The notes: generated by a model not told the origin, from the sequence alone. DNA of 64,000 nucleotides from an uncultured delta proteobacterium (GCA_963815115.1 CAWFFN010000012.1:320001-384000), one strand, 5' to 3'; shown: positions 17,544-28,900, counted from the stretch's first letter. Made by a program: numbers and translations.

Positions 17544-18668
17544 ATGAGCACACTGCACGATCCCGATCCCGAGTTCGAAAGACGACTCGCCGCCCTCCTT
17601 CTCGATGTCCTCATTCGCGCCGGTCTCCTCCTGGCCCTGGCCGTGCTCTGCTTTCAGGTGTTCTCTCCGTTCCTGAGCCTGATGACCTGGGCTCTGATTC
17701 TGGCAGTCACGCTCTATCCCCTGCACCAGTCGGTGGCCGCGAGGATCGGCGGCCGCCAGGGACTGGCCGCGACGCTGCTCGTTCTGCTCGGAGTTGTAGT
17801 GGTCATCGTGCCGACCGTGGCGCTGATGAACTCGCTCGGCGACTCAGTGCACCGACTGATCAACGACGTGCAGAACAACACGCTCCAGGTGCCACCGCCA
17901 AGAGAAGGCGTCGCCGAGTGGCCGCTGGTCGGCGAGAAGGTGCACGCGCTCTGGACGAAGGCGCACACTGATCTGCCCGCACTGGTGCAGAGCATGCAGC
18001 CGAAGATCGGCAACCTGGCCAAGGCGGCGCTCGGTTTCGTCGCCGGCATCGGTGGCGGGCTGTTGCGGTTCCTCGCGTCTCTCGCTGTCGCCGGTATCAT
18101 GATGGCCTATGGCGAGGGCGGCGCGCGCGCGATCCGCTCGATCTTCGAGAGAGTCGCCGACCGCGGAGGGGAGTTCGTCGACCTGTCCACGGCGACCATC
18201 CGCGCGGTCGCCAAGGGCGTGCTCGGCGTCGCGTTCCTGCAGGCCATCATCGTCGGCATCTGCCTGCTCATCGCCGGCATACCGTGGGCAGGCGTGCTGG
18301 CAGCCATCGTCCTCGTGCTCGGCATCGCCCAGGTGCCGGCGCTGATCGTCACGCTGCCGGCCATCGGCTACCTCTGGTCGAGCGGCAACTACGGCACCGG
18401 CGCTGCCGTCCTTTACACGGTCCTCCTTGTCGTCGCCGGCATGGCCGACAACGTGCTGAAGCCGTTGATGCTCGGTCGTGGCGTGGATGCGCCGATGCCG
18501 GTCATCCTTCTCGGCGCTCTCGGCGGCATGGCCGCGGGAGGCATCCTCGGCATGTTCGTCGGCGGCACGCTTCTCGCGCTCGGCTACCAGATCTTCATGG
18601 GATGGGTCGCGACGAATCCCGACGCGCCTCGAGCACATCCGGAAGGCGGAGCGTCCCAGGCCGACTGA
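17544..18668 (+). CDS. AI-2E family transporter
   Basis: Multi-TM; DNVLKPLMLGRG..P, GGILGMFVG. Confidence 0.9.
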   Translation: MSTLHDPDPEFERRLAALLLDVLIRAGLLLALAVLCFQVFSPFLSLMTWALILAVTLYPLHQSVAARIGGRQGLAATLLVLLGVVVVIVPTVALMNSLGDSVHRLINDVQNNTLQVPPPREGVAEWPLVGEKVHALWTKAHTDLPALVQSMQPKIGNLAKAALGFVAGIGGGLLRFLASLAVAGIMMAYGEGGARAIRSIFERVADRGGEFVDLSTATIRAVAKGVLGVAFLQAIIVGICLLIAGIPWAGVLAAIVLVLGIAQVPALIVTLPAIGYLWSSGNYGTGAAVLYTVLLVVAGMADNVLKPLMLGRGVDAPMPVILLGALGGMAAGGILGMFVGGTLLALGYQIFMGWVATNPDAPRAHPEGGASQAD

Positions 18669-18672
18669 ACCG

Positions 18673-20238
18673 ATGCAGGCCGTCCAGCCGAGGTCTGCGA
18701 CGACGCGCGCGCTCGTCCTGCTCGCTCCCGTGCTTCTCGCCTCGTGCATGGTCGGGCCCGACTTCAAGCGCCCGGTGGTGCCGTGGCTCGACGGCTGGTC
18801 CGCCGACGCGCTGCGGTCGGCGGAGGCGGAGTCGCAGGAGGTCGGGGGGCCTCCGGTGCGGCACGACGAGTGGTGGCGCAACTTCGACGACCCGGTTCTC
18901 GAGGAGCTGGTGGAGGAAGCCCAGCGCCTCAACCCCGGAGTGCGCACCGCGGGCATGCGCATCCTCGAGGCGCGCGCGCAGCTCGGCATCGCCGGCAGCG
19001 GGCTGTACCCCCAACTGCAGCAGCTCAATGGCCAGGGCCTGTTCGTCGGAAAGGCGCGGAGCGACCAGCACGATCGCCACTTCTGGAGCGGCGCCATCGG
19101 GCTCGACGTTGGCTGGGAGCTGGACTTCTGGGGCAAGTTCCGCCGCGGCATCGAGTCGGCGGACGCCGGCTATTTCGCGAGCATCGCGCAGTACGACGAT
19201 CTGCAGGTCCTGGTCGCGGCGCAAGCCGCGATCTCATACTCCACGATTCGCACCATCGAACAGCGGCTGCGCATCGCCCACGAGAACGCCGCCCTGCAGA
19301 AGCGCAGCCTCGAGATCACCGAGCGCCTGTTCCGCAGCGGCAACGAGTCCGAGCTCGACGTGCAGCAGGCGCGCACGCTCTACCTGAGCACGCTCGCGAC
19401 GATTCCGGATCTCGAGAGCAGCCTGCGCCAGGCGCAGAACGCGCTGGCGATTCTGCTGGCGCGACCGCCGGGGCCGCTGCCCGAGATGGAGGCCGGACGG
19501 GAGCGGATTCCCGAGGCGGAACTCGGCATCATCGCGGAGCTTCCCGCCGACCTGCTGCGCCGTCGGCCCGACGTGCGCGCGGCCGAGCTGCAGATGGCCG
19601 CGCAGTCGGCGCTGATCGGAGTGAGCAAGTCGGCGCTCTATCCTGCGATCCTGCTCACGGGCTCGCTCGTCTTGTCGGCCAGGTCGGCCACGACTTCGCC
19701 GTACCATGTCGACGGGGGACTCGGCCCCGCCCTCGTCTGGAACATCTTCGATTGGGGCCGCCTGACGAATCAGGTGCTCGTCCAGGATGCCCTCTTCCAG
19801 CAGCTCTACGAGCAGTACCAGGACACTGTGCTACACGCGGCCAGTGAAGTCGAAGACGCCGCCATCGGGTTCACGGAGCTCCATACACAGGTGGTGATCC
19901 TCGCAGAATCGGTGCAGGCAGCGAGACGCTCCCTCGACATCGCCGACGTGCAGTACCGCGAGGGCCTGGTCGACTTCGAGAGAGTTCTCGATTCGCAGCG
20001 CGCGCTCTTCAGCCAGCAGGAGCAGCTCGTGGCGGCGAAGGGCGGCATCACGCAGGACCTGATCAGCCTCTACAAGGCGATGGGCGGTGGGTGGCAAGCG
20101 GGCCGCGCAAGGCCCATTGTCGACCCCGCGACCAGCGCAACGATGGGCGAGCGCAGCAACTGGAAGCGGCTGCTCGACGCTCCGCTCCCGCCAGCTACGG
20201 AAGATGCCCAACCGTACCCGCCGACGGACACACCATGA
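18673..20238 (+). CDS. Outer-membrane efflux factor (TolC/NodT family lipoprotein)
   Basis: LASCMVGPDF lipobox, WWRNFDDP, WELDFWGK, LLRRRPDVRAAE, LYKAMGGGW. Confidence 0.93.
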   Translation: MQAVQPRSATTRALVLLAPVLLASCMVGPDFKRPVVPWLDGWSADALRSAEAESQEVGGPPVRHDEWWRNFDDPVLEELVEEAQRLNPGVRTAGMRILEARAQLGIAGSGLYPQLQQLNGQGLFVGKARSDQHDRHFWSGAIGLDVGWELDFWGKFRRGIESADAGYFASIAQYDDLQVLVAAQAAISYSTIRTIEQRLRIAHENAALQKRSLEITERLFRSGNESELDVQQARTLYLSTLATIPDLESSLRQAQNALAILLARPPGPLPEMEAGRERIPEAELGIIAELPADLLRRRPDVRAAELQMAAQSALIGVSKSALYPAILLTGSLVLSARSATTSPYHVDGGLGPALVWNIFDWGRLTNQVLVQDALFQQLYEQYQDTVLHAASEVEDAAIGFTELHTQVVILAESVQAARRSLDIADVQYREGLVDFERVLDSQRALFSQQEQLVAAKGGITQDLISLYKAMGGGWQAGRARPIVDPATSATMGERSNWKRLLDAPLPPATEDAQPYPPTDTP

Positions 20239-21356
20239 ACGACGAAGCTGATTCGACGCCTGCTGCGCCGGTCGATTCCGAAGCCGGCAGCGGCACCCGC
20301 AAGGGCGCCATTGTTCTCGGCGTGCTCATCGTGACGAGCCTCGGCCTGTACGTCGTCGGCGACCGGCTCACGCCGAGCACGTCTCAGGCGCGCATCAAGG
20401 CATTCGTGGTGCCGGTCGCCGCCGAAGTGGCAGGCGACGTCGTCAAGGTTCACATCCGCGACAACGACGAAGTGCAGGCCGGTCAGCCACTTTTCGACAT
20501 CGATCCCAAACCGTACGAGATCGCTCTTCAGAGCGCCCGCGCCAACTACGCCATCGCGCGCCACTCCGTCGACGCAGCCCGCGCCGGTGTCGACGGAGCG
20601 CGCGCGGCGCTCGAGGCGGCCAAAGCCAATCGCGACATGGCCGAGCGCGACGCCGGGCGTCAGGAACGGCTGTACCGGGAGGACCCCGGCGCGATCTCGG
20701 TGCGCCGCCTCGAAATCGCGCAGGCGTCACGCGAGGAGGCGCGCAGCAAGGTTCGCGGAGCCGAAGCCGAGCTGCGAGCGGCGGTGGAAGCTGCCGGCGA
20801 ACCCGGTGACGACAACGCGCAGATCAAAGCCGCTCGCGCCGCGCTCGACAAAGCCGAGCTCGACCGCGGCAACACCCGCGTGCTCGCCCCGGCGCGCGGC
20901 ATGGTCACCGACCTGCGCACTGACGTCGGACATTTCGTCCAGGCTGGCGCGCCGGTGATGACGCTGATCGCCATCCACGACCTGTGGATCAGCGCCGACA
21001 TGACCGAGAACAACCTCGGCCACATCGACGTCGGTGACGAAGCCGCGATCGTCCTCGACGTGCTTCCCGGCGAGGTGCTCAAGGGCCGCGTCCGCAGCGT
21101 GGGCCGCGGTGTGGACAGCGGCCAGCAGTCGTCGTCGGGCTCGCTGCCGACGGTGCAGAATAGCCGCGACTGGCTGAGGCAGGCCCAGCGCATTCCGGTC
21201 TCGATCGAATTCGACCCGGACGAGGTCCCGCGCCTGAAGCTCGCGCGCGTCGGCGGCCAGGCCGACGTCCTCGTCTACGCGAGCGGGAACCCGGTGATGA
21301 ACCTGCTCGGCGCGATCTACATCCGCGTCGCGAGCTGGCTGAGTTACCTTTACTGA
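20235..21356 (+). CDS. HlyD/EmrA family membrane fusion protein
   Basis: N-terminal TM, VAAEVAG..V..V..ND.V.AGQPLF.ID, QRIPVSI; ATGA overlap. Confidence 0.92.
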   Translation: MNDEADSTPAAPVDSEAGSGTRKGAIVLGVLIVTSLGLYVVGDRLTPSTSQARIKAFVVPVAAEVAGDVVKVHIRDNDEVQAGQPLFDIDPKPYEIALQSARANYAIARHSVDAARAGVDGARAALEAAKANRDMAERDAGRQERLYREDPGAISVRRLEIAQASREEARSKVRGAEAELRAAVEAAGEPGDDNAQIKAARAALDKAELDRGNTRVLAPARGMVTDLRTDVGHFVQAGAPVMTLIAIHDLWISADMTENNLGHIDVGDEAAIVLDVLPGEVLKGRVRSVGRGVDSGQQSSSGSLPTVQNSRDWLRQAQRIPVSIEFDPDEVPRLKLARVGGQADVLVYASGNPVMNLLGAIYIRVASWLSYLY

Positions 21357-21365
21357 GAGCGGGCC

Positions 21366-22412
21366 GTGAATCGGGGCGACAAGGCGGCTCTGCGACTGGC
21401 GATCGGGCTCGGCCTTGCCGTTCTCGTCGCATACGGGATGGCGCTGCCCGTTCCGTACGTCGTCTGCGTGATGTCGGTGCTCGTGCTGAGCAGACCGGGT
21501 CCACCGCTGCCGCTCGTCAAAGGCCTCGTCGTCGCGCTGCTGATCGCGGTGCTGGTGGCGGCGGGGATCGTGATGGTCCCGCTGCTCGAGCACTATGCGT
21601 TTGCCGCCGTGTTGATGACGGCAGTCGTGCTCCACTCGATCTTCTTCCTGGGCTTGACCAGCGGCAATCCGCTGACTGCGATCCTCGTACTGTCGTTCAC
21701 GCTGATCCCGGTGGCCGGCGTCGCGGAGCAGGCGCTGGTCGGAAGGCTCAGCGTAACTCTCGCGGTTGGCGTCAGTGTCGGCGTGCTGGTGAGCGCCGTT
21801 TCTCACTCTCTGTTCCCCGATCCGCCGGCGCCGGCTGCAGCAGCTGGCGCCGCGGCGCGCGTTTCGCCGGACGAAGCCGCCTGGATCGCCCTGCGTGCCA
21901 CGCTGATCGTCATGCCCGTCTTCGTCCTCGCGCTGACCGATCCGTCGTTCTATCTCGCCGCGGTGATGAAGACCGTTGCGCTCGCGCAGCAGGCCGGCGA
22001 GACCGACGCGCGCTCGGCCGGCCGCGAGCTTGTCGGCGCAACGCTGATGGGCGCCGCGATTGCGGCGGCAGTGTGGACGGGACTGTCCATCTGGCCCAGC
22101 CTCTGGATGCTGATGCTGTGGCTGATGGCGGCGTCCCTGTGGATCGGTTCGGCGATGTTCGGTGTCCGGCGCACGAGGTGGCGGCCGTCGTTCTGGAGCA
22201 ACGCGCTGATCACCACCTTCCTGCTCCTCGGCCCGGCGATCGAAGACAGCGCCAGCGGCAAGAGCGTCGTCGAGGGCTCCGTCGTGCGCGTCTGCCTCTT
22301 CGTGGGCGTCGCGCTCTACGCGTGGAGCACGATCCGGCTGCTCGAGCGCTTCCGTCCCGGCCATCCCCCCGGACCTCCCGTGCTGCATCGGCAACAGGAG
22401 GAAACGACATGA
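21366..22412 (+). CDS. DUF2955 (FUSC-like) inner-membrane protein
   Basis: About 10 hydrophobic segments; ALRATLIVMP, GRELVGATLMG; position after HlyD. Confidence 0.75.
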   Translation: MNRGDKAALRLAIGLGLAVLVAYGMALPVPYVVCVMSVLVLSRPGPPLPLVKGLVVALLIAVLVAAGIVMVPLLEHYAFAAVLMTAVVLHSIFFLGLTSGNPLTAILVLSFTLIPVAGVAEQALVGRLSVTLAVGVSVGVLVSAVSHSLFPDPPAPAAAAGAAARVSPDEAAWIALRATLIVMPVFVLALTDPSFYLAAVMKTVALAQQAGETDARSAGRELVGATLMGAAIAAAVWTGLSIWPSLWMLMLWLMAASLWIGSAMFGVRRTRWRPSFWSNALITTFLLLGPAIEDSASGKSVVEGSVVRVCLFVGVALYAWSTIRLLERFRPGHPPGPPVLHRQQEETT

Positions 22413-22879
22413 CGCTCAGGAACCTCGTCGTCGGTGTGCCTGCCATGCTGCTCTGTCTCATCGTGCAGGTCGCGGTCGTCTTCTGGTGCGTCCGGTATTG
22501 CGTACGGCAGACCGACCACGACCCGAGCCGCCTCGGCTGGCTGAAGGCGATCCGGCCGCTGGCCGTTTCCATGCTGGCGATGCTGGTCGCCAACGTGGTT
22601 CAGATCGCGCTGTGGGGGGGCCTGTTCGTCTGGCTGGGCGAGTTCGAGGAGCTCTATCCGGCGATCTACCACTCGGCGGTGAACTTCACGTCGCTCGGCT
22701 ACGGCGACGTCGTGATGAAAGAGGAGTGGAAGCTGCTCGGTCCGCTCGAAGCGGCCAACGGCGTACTGATGATGTCGATGACCGCGGCGGCCCTGACGGC
22801 CATCCTGCAGAGCATCATTCGATCGCAGGCCGGCGCGATCGTCGCGGGGCAAAATCGACGTCGCGATTCCGGCGAATGA
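22409..22879 (+). CDS. Small potassium-channel family protein (Ion_trans_2)
   Basis: YHSAVNFTSLGYGDVV selectivity filter; AGGAGG SD; ATGA overlap. Confidence 0.88.
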   Translation: MTLRNLVVGVPAMLLCLIVQVAVVFWCVRYCVRQTDHDPSRLGWLKAIRPLAVSMLAMLVANVVQIALWGGLFVWLGEFEELYPAIYHSAVNFTSLGYGDVVMKEEWKLLGPLEAANGVLMMSMTAAALTAILQSIIRSQAGAIVAGQNRRRDSGE

Positions 22880-23085
22880 ATCGCTCGCTCGGCGAGGCGC
22901 CGGATGCATGCCGCTGGGGGTAGGTAGCGGCCGGCGCGAGACCCGCCCGCTGTCGGACCGTTTGGCGAACGCGCGTCCCGCGTCGGCCAGGCGCATCACG
23001 TCGCCGGCAACGTCCGTTTGCACCACGGGGACTTCTTGCTCTACGGTGTGTCGACCGAACGATCGCTGCACCAAAGGAGAACAGC

Positions 23086-23352
23086 ATGCAACGAAGTTCT
23101 CGGCGAGGCATGGGCGTGTTGGCTGGCATCGTGATGCTCGCTGTCGTCGTACCGGCGTACGCGGAGACGCAAGGCATGGGGCGGCGCGACGATCGCCGCG
23201 ACGACCGTGCCGGGGGACGGGCCGCGAAGCAGGCGTGCAAAGCGGGCGACGAAAAGACCCGCGCGGAATGCCGGCAGACGAAGCGCACCACCAAGCACGG
23301 TGAAGGCGGGGGCACGGCCAACCAGGCACCCGCGGCGAACCCGGCGCAGTGA
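23086..23352 (+). CDS. Small secreted protein with two Cys
   Basis: AAAGGAG SD; signal peptide AYA-ET; charged mature part KQACKAGDEKTRAECRQ. Confidence 0.7.
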   Translation: MQRSSRRGMGVLAGIVMLAVVVPAYAETQGMGRRDDRRDDRAGGRAAKQACKAGDEKTRAECRQTKRTTKHGEGGGTANQAPAANPAQ

Positions 23353-23436
23353 CGGCCCGAGCGGGGGCGACGTCCGACCGGCACGTCGCCCCGCTCGCCG
23401 CACGCTAGCTGCCGCAAGCAGGCGCCGGCGACACCC

Positions 23437-24021
23437 TCAGCGCATCGCTTTGAGGAGCTTGCTCGTTCCGGCACCCCAGCGCGTGATCACGGCGACCGCC
23501 TCGGTGACCGGAATGTCGACCCAGTGCACGCGCCGGCGCGGCAGGATGTAGAGGGAACCCGCGGCGGGTGTAGGCACCGATGGTACCAGCACCACGAAGC
23601 GGTCGTCGTCGATCTCCTCGACGATGAACGCGGGCGTGAGCGCCTCCTCGATCTCGACCAGCACGGGCTGAAACTGCGCGTCGTCGCTACGGCCGGAGAC
23701 GCGACGCGCGACGCTGCGTAGCATGGCGAAGCCGGGCATCCTTTCGAGCACGTGCCGCTCGAAGACCTCGATCGCTCGCCTACCGAGGCCCGTGCGTGCG
23801 ATGAGCCCGAGTATGAAGCAAATCAGCAGCGCGAGCAGGATCGCCAGGATCTGACCGAAGTGGTGGACCCGCTCGGGGAGAAGCGCCACGATCGGACCGA
23901 GCAGGGCGACGATCCCCTTGAGCGCCTTCCCCAGGAGCAGCAGGGTCAGGTACATCGGGACCACGATCAGCAGGCCGCCGATCAACGTGGTCTTCAGGAA
24001 CTCGACGAGCGCCTTCATCAT
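23437..24021 (-). CDS. DUF502 membrane protein
   Basis: GGLLIVVP..T, LERMPG, VPSVPTPAAGSL. Confidence 0.85.
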   Translation of the reverse strand: MMKALVEFLKTTLIGGLLIVVPMYLTLLLLGKALKGIVALLGPIVALLPERVHHFGQILAILLALLICFILGLIARTGLGRRAIEVFERHVLERMPGFAMLRSVARRVSGRSDDAQFQPVLVEIEEALTPAFIVEEIDDDRFVVLVPSVPTPAAGSLYILPRRRVHWVDIPVTEAVAVITRWGAGTSKLLKAMR

Positions 24022-24108
24022 CGCCCCTTCCGGCGCAGCATGCTTCGGGTCACGCGCCTGCGCCCGACGCGTCAGCTCTTCGCACGGTGCAGTGGCCGGC
24101 TCGCGGGA

Positions 24109-25830
24109 TCACGACGGCGCGCTCTGCGTGGGCTGCACACCGAGCGCGTCCACCACGTCGGCCACGGACGTGAAGCGATCGACGGGTCCCGCGGTGGACT
24201 CCAGCCCTTCCTCCCGGAGCAGGTCGCGCGTCGTGGAGCGCGCGTCGGTGATCCGCAGTCCGACGCCGTCCTTCGCCAGCTCGTGACCCAGGGCCCGCAG
24301 CATGCGCGCTCCGGCGAGATCCACGGTGGGCGAGGTCGAGAGGTCGCAGATCACCAGCCGGACGCCGGTTTCCTGGCTGCGCAGACGCTCGAGGACCGTC
24401 GCCAGGACGTTCTCCACGTTGAAGTACAGGAGAGACGACTCGACGCGGAACGCGAGGATGCCGCGGATGCGCTCGTTGTCGGGATGGCGGGCGAGATCGG
24501 AGAACCGGCGCGTGCCCGGAATCCGACCGAGGAACGCCACGTGGGGATTCGCGGCTCGCCGCAGCAGCAGGAGGATCGACGCCACCGCCGCGAGCAGGAC
24601 CCCCTTCAGGATACCCAGGAACAGCACGCCGACGAACGCGACCGCCGCGACGTGGAATTCGAGGCGGCTGACTCGCCTGAGCCGCGCCATCTCGCGCACG
24701 TCCACCAGTCCCTTCACCGCTACGAGCACGACTGCGGCGAGCACTGCCTTGGGCAGGTTCTGCACGAGGCCGGTGAGGAAGACGAGGCAGAGCGCGAGGG
24801 TCGCAGAGGCGAAGATCAGGGCCAGGGGGGTCTTCGCACCCGCCTTCTCGTTCACGGCCGACTGGGACAGACCGCCGGCCACGGGATAGCCGCCGACCAG
24901 GCCGACCGCCAGGTTGGCGGCGCTCAGACCGAGCAGCTCCTGGCGCACGTCCAGCGGGTACTCGTGCTTCGCCGCGAAGGTTCGAGCCGCCGACACGCCC
25001 TCGATGTACGCGAGGAGCAGGCAGGCGAGTGCGAGCGGGATGACGCCGTCGACGTCGCGTGGGCGAAGACCCGGGAGCGCGATTCCCGGCAAGCCGCTCG
25101 GCACGCGCCCGACGAGCGTCAGGCCGCTCTCGCCCAGCGGGGTCAAGGAGACCACGACGATGGACAGAGCGACCACGAGCAGGGCTACCGGACGGCCCGG
25201 GAGCAGCCGTTCACCGGCGATCAGCATCGCGATCGCCAGGAAGCCGACGGCCGTCGCGACGGGGTTCAGATGCCCGAGCTGGCCGCCGACCGCTGCCAGA
25301 CGGGTGAAGAACCCGTCGCCGCCTCCGGGTACCCCGAGGAGCGCCGGCAGCTGCGTGGAGGCGATGCTGAGCGCCGCGCCCGCCTTGAACCCGACGAGGA
25401 TCGTCTCGCTGATGAAGCTCGTCAGCGTGCTCAACCGCAGCATCCACGCCAGGGCGCTGAGGAGCGCCACGAGCAGGGCGGTCAGGGTGGCGACCTGCGC
25501 GTACCGTGCCGCATCGCCGCCGGCGATCTCGGCCAGGGTGACACCGACCATCAACGAGATCGCCGAGGTCGGCCCCACTGCCAGCTGACGCGACGACCCG
25601 AAGAGGGCGTAGCCGACACCGCCCAGGAGGTAGCCATACAGCCCGATCTGAGGCGGCAGCCCGGCCAGACCCGCATAGGCCAGCGAGACGGGAATGGCAT
25701 ACGCGGCGAGGGTGATGCCGGCGATCAGATCCGCGGCCAGCCAGTCGCGACGATACCCCGGCAGCCATCGGGCAGGCGGGAACATCGAGCCTCGATCGAC
25801 CGGCGGCGAGGCCTGCGCGTGCGCGGGCAT
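24109..25830 (-). CDS. SulP family anion transporter with STAS domain (second copy)
   Basis: DLIAGITLAAYAIPVSLAYA, FGSSRQLAVGP, QELLGL, GGLSQSAVN, STAS. Confidence 0.93.
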   Translation of the reverse strand: MPAHAQASPPVDRGSMFPPARWLPGYRRDWLAADLIAGITLAAYAIPVSLAYAGLAGLPPQIGLYGYLLGGVGYALFGSSRQLAVGPTSAISLMVGVTLAEIAGGDAARYAQVATLTALLVALLSALAWMLRLSTLTSFISETILVGFKAGAALSIASTQLPALLGVPGGGDGFFTRLAAVGGQLGHLNPVATAVGFLAIAMLIAGERLLPGRPVALLVVALSIVVVSLTPLGESGLTLVGRVPSGLPGIALPGLRPRDVDGVIPLALACLLLAYIEGVSAARTFAAKHEYPLDVRQELLGLSAANLAVGLVGGYPVAGGLSQSAVNEKAGAKTPLALIFASATLALCLVFLTGLVQNLPKAVLAAVVLVAVKGLVDVREMARLRRVSRLEFHVAAVAFVGVLFLGILKGVLLAAVASILLLLRRAANPHVAFLGRIPGTRRFSDLARHPDNERIRGILAFRVESSLLYFNVENVLATVLERLRSQETGVRLVICDLSTSPTVDLAGARMLRALGHELAKDGVGLRITDARSTTRDLLREEGLESTAGPVDRFTSVADVVDALGVQPTQSAPS

Positions 25831-25933
25831 CGACTCAGACGACAGGTGGGCCGGCTGGGCCCGTCATGCGCGTGTGAGCTCCATCGACCCCGTGACTGCC
25901 TCCCTGCCGTCCGCTGCGGGTTGTCGCGCCCGA

Positions 25934-28900
25934 TCAACCGGCAGCCCTGGCGCCGTGCGACGGGCTCTCCGGCGCCGCAGCGCTCTGCTTCGCCGCTGCG
26001 CGGCGATCGACGGCGCCGCGGATCACCTCGTAGAAGATGGGGGTGAAGAACAACCCGAAGAGGGTGACGCCGAGCATGCCGCTGAACACCGCGATGCCGA
26101 GCGCGAACCGCATCTCGGCCCCGGCCCCGGCCGTCGTCACCAGCGGGACGACCCCGAGGATGAACGCGAGTGACGTCATGATGATCGGCCGCAGCCGGGT
26201 CCGGCAGGCTTCGATGATCGACTCGTGGCGTGTCTTCCCTTGCTCCTGGAGCTGCTTGGCGAACTCGACGATCAGGATGGCGTTCTTGGCGGCGAGTCCG
26301 ATCAGCACGACCAGACCGATCTGCGTGAAGATGTTGTTGTCGGAGCCCACGACCCAGACGCCGGTGATGGCGGCCAGCAGGCACATGGGTACGATCAGGA
26401 TGATGGCGCCCGGCAGCGACCAGCTCTCGTACTGCCCGGCCAGCACCATGAAGACCAGGAGCGCGCCGAAGGCGAACACGAACACGGCGGTGTTGCCGGC
26501 GAGGATCTGCTGGAGCGTCAGCTCGGTCCACTCGAAGCCCATGCCCGTCGGAAGCTCGCGCTGGGCGACCGCCTCCATGAGGCCGATCGCCGTTCCCGAG
26601 CTGACGCCGGGTGCAGTCCCTCCGGACACCTCTGCGGACGGGAACATGTTGTAGTGGTTCACGATGGCGGGGCCCGTGGTGTCGCGCACCGCGAGCAGCG
26701 TCGCCAGCGGAACCATCTTGCCGTCGCGGGAACGCACCTTGAGCGCCCCGATGTCCTCCGGTCGTATGCGGAACGAAGCGTCCGCCTGCACGTTCACCTG
26801 CCAGTTGCGACCGAAGCGGGTGAAGTCGTTCACGTACGCCGAGCCGAGGTACACCTGCAGGGTGGCGAAGACGTCGTCGAGCGCCACGCCGAGCGCCTTC
26901 GCCTTGGTGCGGTCGATGTCGACGTAGAGCTGCGGCTGCGAGGCGCGGAAGCTGGAGAACAGGCCGACGAGACCCGGCTGCGCCTCGCCGCCCCGGATGA
27001 CGTTCTCGACCGCACCCTGGAGCGCCTCGAACCCGGCGTCGGCACGGTCCTGCACCTGCAGCTTGAAGCCGCCCGTGCTGCCGAGCCCGTCCACGGGCGG
27101 TGCTCCGAACGCCACCACGATCGCGTCCTGCACCTTCCGGAACTTCTGGCGCAGATCGCCGATCACCACGTCGGCGGAGCGACCGGACGCGACGCGCTCC
27201 TCGAACGGATCGAGGATGACGAACATCCCTCCCACGTTCGAGACGTTCGTGGCGGTCAGCACCGAGTAACCGGGCACGGCGATCGTGTGCTGGACGCCTG
27301 GCGTCTCCCGGACGATCGCATCGACCCGCTGCGTCACCTCCTCGCTGCGCTCGAGGCTGGCCCCGTCGGGGAGCTGGAGATTGACGACGAGGTAGCCCTT
27401 GTCCTGCTGCGGGATGAACCCCACCGGCACCCGGTGGAAGCCGAACCAGGTGAGCGCCATCAGCGCGGCATAGAGCACCAGCGAGATCAGCGGTGCCCGG
27501 ACGAGGAGGCCCACGAGACGCCCGTAGGCGGTAGCCAGCCAGTCGAAGAACCGGTTGAACTGCTTGAAGAAAGCGAGGAGGGCGCGGTTCACCGGCCCGT
27601 TCACGGCCGCGCCGAGCACCCCGCCCGCCGCGAAGAGCGCCGCGCGCAGCAGCCAGAGCCACGCGCCTCCACCGCCCGCGCCGTGCCCCTCGTGGCCGTG
27701 CCCGCCACCGCCGAGCCCCATGAGGTGCGCCACACGGCCCTCGAGCAGGAAGTCGACCAGAAGCGCCCCGAGCACGATCACGGCGACGCGCGGGAGCGCC
27801 TCGCGACGCTCCTCGCCGTGCGCATGGGGCTTGATGAGCGTCACGGCACGCGCCGGGGCCATGGTCATCGCGTTGATCGCCGAGATGATGGTCGCGGCGG
27901 CGATGGTCAGCGCGAACTGGCGGTAGAACTGGCCGCTGATGCCGGGAATGAAGGCGGTCGGGATGAACACGGCGCTCAGCACCAGCGTGATCGCGATCAC
28001 CGGGCCGGTGATCTCGTCGAGCGCCTTGATGGTCGCCTCGCGGGGCGGGAGGCCCTGCGCCATCCAGCGCTCCACGTTCTCGACCACCACGATGGCGTCG
28101 TCCACGACGATGCCGATGGCGAGCACGAGGCCGAAGAGCGAGAGGTTGTTGAGCGAGAAGCCGAGGACGCTCATCACGGCGAGCGTCCCGACGAGCGACA
28201 CCGGCACGTCGATCATCGGCAGCAGCGTCGCCCGCCAGTCCTGGAGGAAGATCAGGACGACGAGGAACACCAGGATGAACGCCTCGGTGAGCGTCTTGTA
28301 GACCTCGTGCACCGACTCGTTCACGAACACCGTGGTGTCGTAGACGATCCGGTACTCCATGCCCTGGGGAAAGCGCGCGGCGAGCCGATCCATCTCGGCG
28401 CGGATGCTCTGGGCGGTGGCGAGCGCGTTGGCGCCGGGGAGCTGGTAGAGCGCGAGCGTGACCGACGGCTTGCCGTCGAGGTAGCTCGACACGTCGTAGC
28501 TCTTGGAGCCCAGCTCGACCCGTCCGACGTCGGCCAGTCGCGTGATCTGGCCCTGCTCACCGGTCTTGAGGACGATCTGCGCGAACTGCTCGGGGTCGAG
28601 GAGCCGCCCGAGCGTGTTGATGGTGTACTGGAAGTCGAGCCCCGCGGGGGCGGGCGGCTGGCCGATGCGCCCGGCGGCCACCTGCACGTTCTGCTCGCGC
28701 AGCGCGTTGACGACGTCGCTGGCCGTCATGCTGCGCGCGGCCAGCTGCGTCGGGTCGAGCCACACGCGCATGCTGTAGTCGCGCGCGCCGAGGAAGCTCA
28801 CGTCGCCCACGCCGGGCAGGCGCGCGAGGGCGTCCTTCACCTGGATGGTGGCGTAGTTGCTCAGGTAGAGCTGGTCGTAGCGCCCGTCGGGCGACAGCAG

